Below are positions 1-7,997 of a stretch of DNA of 27,040 nt, one piece after another. Numbering within the stretch: position 1 is the first letter of the stretch; each line of letters begins with the position of its first letter. The translations under genes and the position numbers were made by a program. Below the pieces are notes generated by a model that did not search any database, was not told where the DNA came from, and saw only the letters and a program-made list of their open reading frames with translations. This stretch comes from an archaeon (GTDB taxonomy: Archaea; Iainarchaeota; Iainarchaeia; Iainarchaeales; 1-14-0-10-31-34), in assembly GCA_043815885.1 (NCBI GenBank), contig JBDRIL010000020.1:1-27040 (forward strand). Reading direction: 5' to 3'.

Positions 1-1
1 A

Positions 2-136
2 GGAATGTTAAAGTCCTTTGACGTCCACATGAACATCGTATTAGAGAACGCAGAAGAACTTCTTGACGGACAACCAAAAACCAAGTACGGCAAACTGATT
101 CTCCGAGGCGACAACGTAATACTAATCAGTCCTTAA
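2..136 (+). CDS. Sm-like archaeal protein (Lsm/SmAP), 3' part; truncated by the window edge
   Basis: Manual translation GMLKSFDVHMNIVLENAEELLDGQPKTKYGKLILRGDNVILISP* contains the Sm1 (FDxHMNxVL) and Sm2 (IxRGDNV) motifs. Not in the ORF track. Confidence 0.93.
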   Translation, partial: GMLKSFDVHMNIVLENAEELLDGQPKTKYGKLILRGDNVILISP

Positions 137-270
137 ATAAAGCCCATTTAAATAATTTTTGCATTCTATTTATTTAACTGATTTGAAATGAATTCAAGTG
201 AGTGTCTTTGGCTTAACTGATTTTTTTCTTCACTTGAATATTCATCAGAATATCTTGCCTTATTCTTTTT

Positions 271-331
271 CATTGTATACCGAAGGCATACAATGTTTTT
301 TTGATAAAACTTTTCTTAAAAGTTTTTTTTT
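271..331 (+). repeat. Short copy of hairpin repeat family A
   Basis: cattgtatacc-gaa-ggcatacaatg hairpin followed by tttttttgataaaact...aaaagtttttt. Matches both ends of the element at 17175-17290 but lacks its internal double hairpin. Confidence 0.75.
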
Positions 332-427
332 GTGGCTGTGGCCAAGAAAATGGCTTCATTAAATTAAAACTGATTTTTTTTTGGAGCCAATCCTTAATTT
401 CACGTTAATTAAATCTAAAAAAAAATT

Positions 428-433
428 GGAGGT
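428..433 (+). promoter_or_regulatory. Shine-Dalgarno sequence for ATG 443
   Basis: GGAGGT ends 9 nt before ATG 443. Confidence 0.7.
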
Positions 434-442
434 TGATAAAAA

Positions 443-487
443 ATGAAAAACAAAAAAACAAATAGAAGGGATTTACTTTGGCAGTAA
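443..487 (+). CDS. 14-aa leader [17 protein letters not shown] upstream of and overlapping the trpB2 frame
   Basis: SD-led ATG 443, single Trp codon at 479-481, TAA at 485-487. The trpB2 frame is +1 relative to this ORF. Confidence 0.55.
   Translation: MKNKKTNRRDLLWQ
467..482 (+). promoter_or_regulatory. Candidate prfB-like +1 ribosomal frameshift site AGG GAT TTA CTT TGG C
   Basis: Same codon register as E. coli prfB AGG GGG TAT CTT TGA C. A CTT-to-TTT slip enters the trpB2 frame at GGC 480. Confidence 0.45.
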
Positions 488-515
488 ACAAAAAATAATT
501 CTTCCAGAAGAAGAA

Positions 516-1754
516 TTGCCTAAATATTACTATAATATTTTGCCTGACCTGCCAAAAGAACTCCCTAAACCGGAAGGAAATCTGGAAGTACTTCCAAAAA
601 TCTTTGCAAAGAGTTTGCTGGAACAGGAATTCTCTCCTGAAAGAAGGGTTAGAATTCCGGAGGAAGTAAGGGAACTCTACTTCAAGTGCGGAAGGCCTTC
701 TCCAATTTACAGGGCAAAGAAATTAGAAGAATTTCTTAAGACCCCTGCAAGGATTTTCTTCAAGAGAGAAGACCTTTCTCCGACAGGATCACATAAACTC
801 AATACAGCTTTAGCCCAAGCATACTATATTGCAAAAGACGGTTTGGAGGAGGTGACAACAGAAACAGGGGCAGGCCAGTGGGGTTCGGCTCTGAGCTTAG
901 CTGCTTACTTTTTTGGATTGAAATGCAGGGTATTCATGGTTAAAGTAAGCTATCAGCAAAAACCCTACAGGAAGTATGTAATGAATTTCTTTAATGCAGA
1001 AGTTATTCCTTCTCCCTCCAGTGAAACCAGTGCAGGAAAAAAAGCCTTAAAAGAAAATCCAAATCATTTGGGTTCTCTTGGGCTAGCTATTTCAGAAGCA
1101 ATAGATTTCGCCTTGCAGAGTGACTCCAGAGCCTATTCTCTTGGTTCAGTGTTAAACCATGTTTTATTGCATCAGACAGTTATTGGAGAAGAAGCACTAA
1201 AGCAAATGCAATCCATTGAATTAATGCCTGACTATGTGATTGGATGCGTTGGAGGAGGAAGCAATTTTTCAGGTTTGGCCTATCCTTTCATTCGCCAGAG
1301 ACTGAAAAAGAAAGAGGAAATTAACTTCATTGCAGTTGAACCAAAGGAAGTCCCTTCTCTAACCAGAGCTCCATACATATTTGATTACGGAGACGAAGCA
1401 GAGCTAACACCAAAACTTAAAATGCATTCTTTGGGGCATAAATTTGCTTCTCCCCCAATCTATGCCGGAGGCTTGCGCTATCATGGATGCGCTCCAACAC
1501 TCTCCTTACTCAAAGAAGAAGGCATAGTGAGAGGAAAAGCCTATCCTCAGAAGGAGTGCTTTGATGCAGCAAAATTATTCGCAGAAAACGAAGGAATAAT
1601 TGTGGCTCCAGAAACATCCCATGCAGTAAAGGCAGTAATAGAAAAGGCACTGGAATGCAAGAGAAAGGAGGAAGAGAAAACAATTCTCTTTAATCTTTCA
1701 GGGCATGGATTACTGGACTTACAGGGGTATGCAGATATACTGAAATTCAAGTGA
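516..1754 (+). CDS. trpB2: TrpB2, stand-alone tryptophan synthase beta-like PLP enzyme. The frame is open from 447 and the conserved N-terminus begins upstream of TTG 516.
   Basis: GSHKLNTA (PLP lysine), [47 protein letters not shown] motifs. No trpA adjacent. Confidence 0.95.
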   Translation: MPKYYYNILPDLPKELPKPEGNLEVLPKIFAKSLLEQEFSPERRVRIPEEVRELYFKCGRPSPIYRAKKLEEFLKTPARIFFKREDLSPTGSHKLNTALAQAYYIAKDGLEEVTTETGAGQWGSALSLAAYFFGLKCRVFMVKVSYQQKPYRKYVMNFFNAEVIPSPSSETSAGKKALKENPNHLGSLGLAISEAIDFALQSDSRAYSLGSVLNHVLLHQTVIGEEALKQMQSIELMPDYVIGCVGGGSNFSGLAYPFIRQRLKKKEEINFIAVEPKEVPSLTRAPYIFDYGDEAELTPKLKMHSLGHKFASPPIYAGGLRYHGCAPTLSLLKEEGIVRGKAYPQKECFDAAKLFAENEGIIVAPETSHAVKAVIEKALECKRKEEEKTILFNLSGHGLLDLQGYADILKFK

Positions 1755-1761
1755 TGCAAAA

Positions 1762-2166
1762 ATGAGAAAACCATTCACCCTAACACTGGACTTCATTGAA
1801 GCAAGCAAACTAAGAAGCCATGAAAAAACCTCAGAGAAAAGAATGAACAGGATTGCAGAAGAAATCAACCAGGATAACTCTATTGTTCCAATCCTGGTTG
1901 ATTCCTCCTTTCTTGTTGTATTGGACGGGCACCACAGACTAAATTACTTGAAGAAATTGGGTTTCAAGAAGATTCCAGTACTGCTTACAGACTACTTCTC
2001 TGATAAATTAACTCTTTTCCCGAGAAGAAAAAAAATAAAATTAAATAAAAGGAAAGTAATCGAAAACGCTTTCTCTAATAGATTATTTCAATTCAAAACC
2101 ACAAGGCATTCAATTAAGGGAAATTATTTAATCAAGGTTCCACTGAATTTCATCAAAAGAAATTAA
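1762..2166 (+). CDS. ParB/sulfiredoxin-fold protein, compact SerK/SbnI-like free serine kinase candidate
   Basis: SHE, PILVD..VLDGHHR, DYF and C-terminal KTTRH motifs in the order recalled for Thermococcus SerK. Starts 7 nt after the trpB2 stop. Confidence 0.7.
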   Translation: MRKPFTLTLDFIEASKLRSHEKTSEKRMNRIAEEINQDNSIVPILVDSSFLVVLDGHHRLNYLKKLGFKKIPVLLTDYFSDKLTLFPRRKKIKLNKRKVIENAFSNRLFQFKTTRHSIKGNYLIKVPLNFIKRN

Positions 2167-2194
2167 AAGAGTTTCATAATTAATGTCTTTTGAT
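2152..2194. repeat. Palindromic repeat family B, copy 1
   Basis: atcaaaagaaatta...taatgtcttttgat; related copies at 4260-4301 and 24569-24611. Confidence 0.75.
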
Positions 2195-2222
2195 ATAACT
2201 TTGTGTTGAAATGATTCTTTAT

Positions 2223-2322
2223 GGGCCCTTAGCTCAGCCTGGTAGAGAAGAAGGTGAAATTCTTCCCAGTAAGCGTATCCTTGGCATGGATGAGGTCGCG
2301 CGTTCGAATCGCGCAGGGTCCA
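2223..2322 (+). tRNA. tRNA-Ala(GGC) with a 26-nt non-canonical D-arm intron (about 2246-2271)
   Basis: Acceptor stem GGGCCCT/AGGGTCC with G3:U70; anticodon arm TATCC-TTGGCAT-GGATG; T arm GCGCG-TTCGAAT-CGCGC. Removing 26 nt restores the D stem GCTC/GAGC. CCA is not encoded. Confidence 0.92.
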
Positions 2323-2374
2323 CTCTTTTCTTTCCAATAAGTTTAAATTGTTTTAATGCGTTATTTTTCTGTTT

Positions 2375-4222
2375 ATGCCTGCAGATAAGAAACAAATACT
2401 GATGCAAAGCATAGAGAAATTGCTTGCCTTAAAGGTTTCAGACGAAGAGATAGTGAAGGAATTAGTTGCTGTTGGATTGAGAGAGGATGATGCGAAATCG
2501 TTTTTAAAGCAGGCAAAAGAAAGCTACACTGGAATGAGCAGGCTGGACCAGAGAAAACTTAAAAGAGGCGGCGGGCCAGAAGAGATAGTCCTTCCTTCGA
2601 AGGAATCAGAAGAAACTAAAAAGGAAGTTGGCGAAGAAAAGGTAAAAAAATTAGAGGAAGAATTAAAGAAGGGAAGGGAAAAGAAAGAGGAAAACACCGC
2701 TTTTAAAAAAAGCAGTGGCGCAAAAACTGAAGATTTTAAAAAAAGCAGTGGCGCAAAAGCAGAAAAACCCGAAACAAAAAAGAAGGAAAAACCGGTAAAA
2801 GAAAAAAAAGTCAAAAAGCTTGCTCCGATAAAGAAGAGTGATGTGTGGGAGCAGGGAATCCTTACCACAATCAACCAGAAGATAGAGGAAATAGAGGACG
2901 TTCAAAGGGAATTGGATGAAGTCATTGATTCAAAGGTCCAGAAGCATTTAGAGGAAGAGAAAAAGAAGATGAATGCCTTGATTGAATCACAGTATTCCCT
3001 TCTCTATGAAAAAATTAATTCTGCTCTGGATGAAAAAGTGAATGAATTAAATAATGCTCTTGAAGAAAAAACAGAGAAATTCAATAAATTAAGCAAGAGT
3101 GTTGCTTCAGGCATTGCAAAACAGGCAGAGGAAAAAGCGTCATACGAACAATTACTGGAAGAAATAGAGAAAAGAATTGAGGATCTGCCTGATTTAAAGA
3201 AGCGGTTGGTTTCAAAGGTAGAGGAAGAAACAGAGCAGATGAAGAATTCATCCAAAAAATTCATTGAGGAAGCAGAGGAAGGCATGAATGAAATGGATGA
3301 AAGAATAAACAAGGCACTGGAATTAGAGACAAAAATCATTGAAGGTTTGGTTAAAGACACTGAAGAAAGAATACAGGAAATGGCTGAAAAGAGAAGCAAT
3401 TTTCTTTCAGGGGAATTAAAAGTAAAACTTGATGAATTAACTGAATTAAAGAAAAGCCTTACTCCTGGATTCGTTCAGGAAAAAACAAAGGAACTGTCAG
3501 TAAAAATGGAGGCAAAGATGCAGGAAATGATTTCATTAAAGGAAAGAGAAATAGACGAAGCAATAGAGATAAAGACAAAGGAACTGGATTCATTAAAACA
3601 GAAAATGGCTGGAGCAGAACAACTGACTAAAGCTGCTGCAGAAATAGAGAAGCTTTCTTCCTTCAAGGAGGATTTACAGAACCAATTGAATCAATCAAAA
3701 CAGGAAATAGAGAATTTAAAGGGTGAACTGAAGAAGTTTATTGGAGCGCAATTGATTGAAGCAAGCTCTGAAACAGAAGAAAAAATAAATGAACTATTTG
3801 AAAGAAGAAAGGATGAACTGGCTTTATTCCAGAAAAAATCGCAGGGCATTGATGTAGAGAAGTTTGAACAAAAAATGCAGGAACTCGATTCATTTAAAGA
3901 GCAATTCACTGAAATAATCCAGAAAAACATTTCCTCCATTAAGCGCACAAGAGAGGAAATGATCAGTGAACTGGATACAAAGGGAAGTTTAATTGATGGC
4001 AAGATTAATCAGATTAATTCAAAAATGGAAGAACTCAGTGCTTTTGAGAAAAACTTTGCAAGAGAAATGGGTTTGGCGGTAGAAAAACTGATTGAAAAAA
4101 AGAAGGTAATAAAGCCCTCCCAGCCAAAACCAAAGCCTGCTTCAAAGAAAAAGGAAGAAAGAGATGACTACATTAGGAAAGCATTTAAGGAAAGAATAAG
4201 AAAAGCAAAAAAAGGAAGATAA
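2375..4222 (+). CDS. Long Glu/Lys-rich coiled-coil protein of unknown function (615 aa)
   Basis: Long ORF with heptad-like E/K/L composition; no recognisable catalytic or Walker motif. Confidence 0.8.
   Translation: MPADKKQILMQSIEKLLALKVSDEEIVKELVAVGLREDDAKSFLKQAKESYTGMSRLDQRKLKRGGGPEEIVLPSKESEETKKEVGEEKVKKLEEELKKGREKKEENTAFKKSSGAKTEDFKKSSGAKAEKPETKKKEKPVKEKKVKKLAPIKKSDVWEQGILTTINQKIEEIEDVQRELDEVIDSKVQKHLEEEKKKMNALIESQYSLLYEKINSALDEKVNELNNALEEKTEKFNKLSKSVASGIAKQAEEKASYEQLLEEIEKRIEDLPDLKKRLVSKVEEETEQMKNSSKKFIEEAEEGMNEMDERINKALELETKIIEGLVKDTEERIQEMAEKRSNFLSGELKVKLDELTELKKSLTPGFVQEKTKELSVKMEAKMQEMISLKEREIDEAIEIKTKELDSLKQKMAGAEQLTKAAAEIEKLSSFKEDLQNQLNQSKQEIENLKGELKKFIGAQLIEASSETEEKINELFERRKDELALFQKKSQGIDVEKFEQKMQELDSFKEQFTEIIQKNISSIKRTREEMISELDTKGSLIDGKINQINSKMEELSAFEKNFAREMGLAVEKLIEKKKVIKPSQPKPKPASKKKEERDDYIRKAFKERIRKAKKGR
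2695..2759 (+). repeat. In-frame palindromic repeat family C (33-bp-period dimer), copy 1
   Basis: 57/65 nt identical to 20533-20597 by manual alignment; encodes TAFKKSSGAKTEDFKKSSGAK. Confidence 0.9.
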
Positions 4223-4259
4223 TCAAATTCTATTTAATTCTATGAATTGCATCAAAGCC

Positions 4260-4301
4260 ATCAAAAGACGTTAATTATTAAACTTTTTAATGTCTTTTGA
4301 T
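4260..4301. repeat. Palindromic repeat family B, copy 2 (opposite orientation)
   Basis: atcaaaagacgtta...taatgtcttttgat. Confidence 0.8.
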
Positions 4302-4372
4302 GTTAAATTAAAAAAGAAAACCAGCGATTAATATATATTGCAATTTAATTTAATTCATAAAGGTCTTAATTA

Positions 4373-7300
4373 ATGAATTTAAGGATTCCATGGGAATTAT
4401 TCATTCTTGCTTCAATCCTTTTATTCATTACAATCTTTTTTGTTCCGGTTCCTTTCAGCCCAGTAGGAAAAGCAATCTATTTTGATGCCCCAATAGCAAT
4501 GTATCATTTTGATGAGGGAAGCGGAACAGTAGTATATGATTCAAGTGACTATGGAAACAATGGAACTGTTCATGGAGCGGGATGGGTTGCAGGCTATGAC
4601 GGGACTGGTTATGCACTAAGCTTTGATGGAATTAATGATTATGTTAGTGTTTATGGTTCAACTGGCTTGAACCTGCTTCAAGGGGAGGGAACAATTTCGG
4701 CTTGGGTTTATACATTGGATTCAACTACTGCTTATGATCAAAGATTTGTAACAATGGGAGAAAATGATTTCTGGATTGGGACTTCAGCTGAAGGACCTAA
4801 TAGTAGGATCATGCTTAGGGGTTGGAATAGTGTTGAAGGTAATGTAGATGTTTTCTCAAATAAAACACTAAGTCTGTATGTGGGGGCTTGGCATCATGTT
4901 GCAGGCGTAGCTGATGGAAGTAATCTAAAACTGTATATTGATGGAGTTCTACAGAGTTCTGCTCGATTTAATGGTGTTGAAGTATTAGATAATTCGGTTT
5001 GGATAGGTAGTTGGTATTCTCCTGGAAATGGTTTTTTTCATGGAATGATTGACGAAGTAGTTATTTATGATTACGCTAAAACAAGTTTTGATATTTCTAT
5101 TCCTCCTACAGCCGAAGCAGGAGGACCTTACAATGGAGTAGTGAACCTAGCTTTTAGTATAACTGGAACAGGGCATGATGGAGATGGGGTAATTAGCAGC
5201 ATTCAATTTGGGTGCAGTAGCGGGGATGCTTCATGTAATTCCTATTGTATTTTGGAACCAGACCTGTTTCCAAACTGCCTTGTTACTGGCACTGGAACTC
5301 CAGACGCCAGTAGTCAATGTGGTATTTTATGTTCTAGAGCGGGAACATACACTTTTACTTTGACTGCAACAGATGATGACGGAGCAACAGCAACAGACAA
5401 TGCTACTGCAACTATTGTTGCAAATAATCCTCCGACTGCAAACGCAAACGAACCGTCAGGAGGCTATAAAGGAAAAGTTAATTCAAATATAACATTGCAT
5501 GGAACAGGAACTGATTCAGACGGAACAGTCAGTGAAATTTATTGGCATTTAGGTTCTGGAGGTGGAATCTGCAATCTTTCAAATGGAACCCCAACAGGGA
5601 TTGGAACAAAAACTGCAAATATTTATTCAACTCTCAATTGCTCTGCTGAAATAACATTTCAGGCAATATTGACTGTCAATGACAATTATTATGCAAGGGA
5701 CACAAAAACCGTAAATGTAGTTGTTTCAGTAAATGTTCCTCCAACAGCTGATGCAGATGGTTTTGTTGAGGGAGACCATTATGTTGGGCAAGTTAATTCA
5801 AATATTCAATTGAATGGTTCTGGTTCTGATTCTGATGGAACAATAAAGTCAATTAAATGGCAGACTACTGCTGCAGGTTGTACTATTACCCAGCACCAAG
5901 TCGGCCTTAACACCAACCATGCAACAAATGATGGAACAATCAGATGCAATTCCACTGGAAGAAAAGACATTGACTTGAATGTAACGGACAATTATGATGA
6001 TTCAACTATTGTTTCAACTTATGCTGGAGTCACTCCTGCAACTCCAACCGGACTGCAGGCAACAGGAGAAAATGCCAGGGTTGTTATTGCATGGTATGCG
6101 TCCACTGGAGCCATTTATTACAAGCTTGCCTGGAGAAAAGAAGGAATGTCAACTCCAGTAGTAATTCAAGTTAATTCCACTTCTTACACTCACACTGGAT
6201 TGACTAATGAAGTTCAGTACTGTTATTCTGTTGCTGCATGCAATTCTTTTGGCTGCAGTGGTTTTTCTTCCGAGGCCTGCGCTACTCCAAGCGCTCCATC
6301 AAATCCCGGCACTCCCCCAACGATTACTTCCTTTAATGCCATTGGAGGGAATGCTCAAGTCAGTTTGAGCTGGAGTGCTTCAGGTTCAACGCCAATAAAA
6401 TTTAACTTGGAGAGAAAATTGGGTTCAACAGGAACTTACGCTGTAATTTTATCCAATTCCACTTTGTATTCATTTCTTGATTCAGGGCTGGAGAACGAGA
6501 AAACTTATTATTACAGATTGACTGCATTCAATGATTATCCGCCTGACGCAACCAGAGAAACTTATGCGCAAACCCATTTGACTGGAACCAGCCCAAACAT
6601 CACCTTGTTTATTGTAATTGAAGGAGACCAAAAAGTTGAATTGAGCTGGACTGCAACAGGCACTTCTCCAATAAAATACACTTTGAGCAGAAAGATCGAA
6701 TCAACCGGAACATATTCAGCAATTCTCACAGATTATAATGGAAATTCCTTCACTGACTCAAATTTAACAAACAACAAAACTTACTACTACAAACTAAATG
6801 CAGTTAATCTCTTTGGTTCAGCCGAAAAAACCCTTACAGCTACCCCTCATATTGGAGAATGCGGGAATGAAAAACTTGAATCTGGAGAAGCCTGTGAGGT
6901 TGCAGAGGATTGTGATGACCCAAGAACTCAATGCGATTTAGTGAATAAAAGGTTTGGAGAGACAACAATTTCCTGTACCAAGTGTGAATGCATTGCCGGA
7001 AGCTGGAGCTGGAGCTACAGTAATTCAATTGGTTCTGATTACTGCATTAACTGCCAGTATTGCGGTGACGGGGAATGTAATTGCGGAGAAACAACTGACA
7101 CCTGTTCAGGAGATTGTGGAACGGGAGAGGATTTAACTCCTCCTTATGCTCCAAGAAACCCGAAGGCAACTCCAGGAGACGGAAAGATATTGCTTGAATG
7201 GACTGAAAACACTGAAATTGATTTAGATAAATATATAGTGTATTATGGTGCTACAAGTAAAGCGTATGACTTCAATGAAACTACCACTCATAATTATCTT

Positions 7301-7945
7301 GAAATCCATGGATTGATTAATGGATTAAAGTATTATTTTGCAGTAAAGGCAGTTGATTTCAGCGGCAATGCAAGTGATTTCTCCAGAGAGGTTTCTGCAA
7401 CTCCAGAAGAGGAGGAAGTACTCCCCCCAACCGATTTAGAGGTTTCAATTTCTGCAAAAAAGGTAAAGCTTTCATGGAAGCATGCTTCCCCCAGGCCCAA
7501 ACATTACGATATCTATAGAGATGGAGAATTTTTGGATTCCACTTCAGGCAGTTATTATTACGATGAAAGTGCTGAAGCCGGAGAAACCTATTCTTATTAC
7601 CTTTTAAGTGTTTCAGAGGAGGGAAAGGAAAGCAATAAATCAATGACTGTTGAGTTTGAGGTTCCAGGGAGTGATGCATGCAAGAAGGACGGTAAATGCA
7701 ATAAAGAAGAATGTGAAAGAACTGGCGATCCAGACTGTATTTGTAATTATGATGGAATCTGTGAAGAGGGAATAGAGAATGAATTCAATTGTCCTGATGA
7801 CTGTGAAGAAGTAGGAATTGATTGGGTTACTGGAGCCACAATTGGTTTAATCATTCTTGCGATCTCTGCTGCAGCAGCAGTATTTGTTTATAAGAAGAAG
7901 AAAGAGGAAGAAGGCTCAGAAGAACAAAACTTTTTCAAGTTCTGA
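4373..7945 (+). CDS. Membrane-anchored surface protein: LamG-like, PKD/Ig-like repeats, FN3 repeats, Cys-rich modules, C-terminal TM
   Basis: N-terminal hydrophobic helix; YHFDEGSG..DSS, WHHVAGV, LYIDG, GMIDEV (LamG); PPTAEAGGPY and D.DG.I repeats (PKD-like); L.W...YYY.L.A.N (FN3); CGN..LE.GE.CE; C-terminal TM followed by KKKK. Confidence 0.88.
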   Translation: MNLRIPWELFILASILLFITIFFVPVPFSPVGKAIYFDAPIAMYHFDEGSGTVVYDSSDYGNNGTVHGAGWVAGYDGTGYALSFDGINDYVSVYGSTGLNLLQGEGTISAWVYTLDSTTAYDQRFVTMGENDFWIGTSAEGPNSRIMLRGWNSVEGNVDVFSNKTLSLYVGAWHHVAGVADGSNLKLYIDGVLQSSARFNGVEVLDNSVWIGSWYSPGNGFFHGMIDEVVIYDYAKTSFDISIPPTAEAGGPYNGVVNLAFSITGTGHDGDGVISSIQFGCSSGDASCNSYCILEPDLFPNCLVTGTGTPDASSQCGILCSRAGTYTFTLTATDDDGATATDNATATIVANNPPTANANEPSGGYKGKVNSNITLHGTGTDSDGTVSEIYWHLGSGGGICNLSNGTPTGIGTKTANIYSTLNCSAEITFQAILTVNDNYYARDTKTVNVVVSVNVPPTADADGFVEGDHYVGQVNSNIQLNGSGSDSDGTIKSIKWQTTAAGCTITQHQVGLNTNHATNDGTIRCNSTGRKDIDLNVTDNYDDSTIVSTYAGVTPATPTGLQATGENARVVIAWYASTGAIYYKLAWRKEGMSTPVVIQVNSTSYTHTGLTNEVQYCYSVAACNSFGCSGFSSEACATPSAPSNPGTPPTITSFNAIGGNAQVSLSWSASGSTPIKFNLERKLGSTGTYAVILSNSTLYSFLDSGLENEKTYYYRLTAFNDYPPDATRETYAQTHLTGTSPNITLFIVIEGDQKVELSWTATGTSPIKYTLSRKIESTGTYSAILTDYNGNSFTDSNLTNNKTYYYKLNAVNLFGSAEKTLTATPHIGECGNEKLESGEACEVAEDCDDPRTQCDLVNKRFGETTISCTKCECIAGSWSWSYSNSIGSDYCINCQYCGDGECNCGETTDTCSGDCGTGEDLTPPYAPRNPKATPGDGKILLEWTENTEIDLDKYIVYYGATSKAYDFNETTTHNYLEIHGLINGLKYYFAVKAVDFSGNASDFSREVSATPEEEEVLPPTDLEVSISAKKVKLSWKHASPRPKHYDIYRDGEFLDSTSGSYYYDESAEAGETYSYYLLSVSEEGKESNKSMTVEFEVPGSDACKKDGKCNKEECERTGDPDCICNYDGICEEGIENEFNCPDDCEEVGIDWVTGATIGLIILAISAAAAVFVYKKKKEEEGSEEQNFFKF

Positions 7946-7997
7946 TTATTTTTTTGCGTTAAATTAAAAAACAAGGACTAATATATTAATTATTAGA

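Noticed and set aside
443..515. Classical bacterial trp attenuator
   Set aside because: There is only one Trp codon and no terminator/antiterminator hairpin with a U tract between the leader and trpB2. A frameshift or an indel fits better.
1762..2166. Chromosome-partitioning ParB
   Set aside because: No HTH or dimerisation domain and no parA; the KTTRH motif points to the SerK-like branch.
2128..2402. ORFs 2128-2337 (-) and 2211-2402 (+)
   Set aside because: They overlap the tRNA-Ala gene and show no protein motifs.
2524..4002. Antisense F/S-rich ORFs here and opposite other genes throughout the window
   Set aside because: They are shadows of purine-rich K/E-coding sense strands.
2375..4222. 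SMC/Rad50 or chemotaxis assignment for the coiled-coil protein
   Set aside because: No Walker A/B, signature, hinge or MCP signalling motif is visible.
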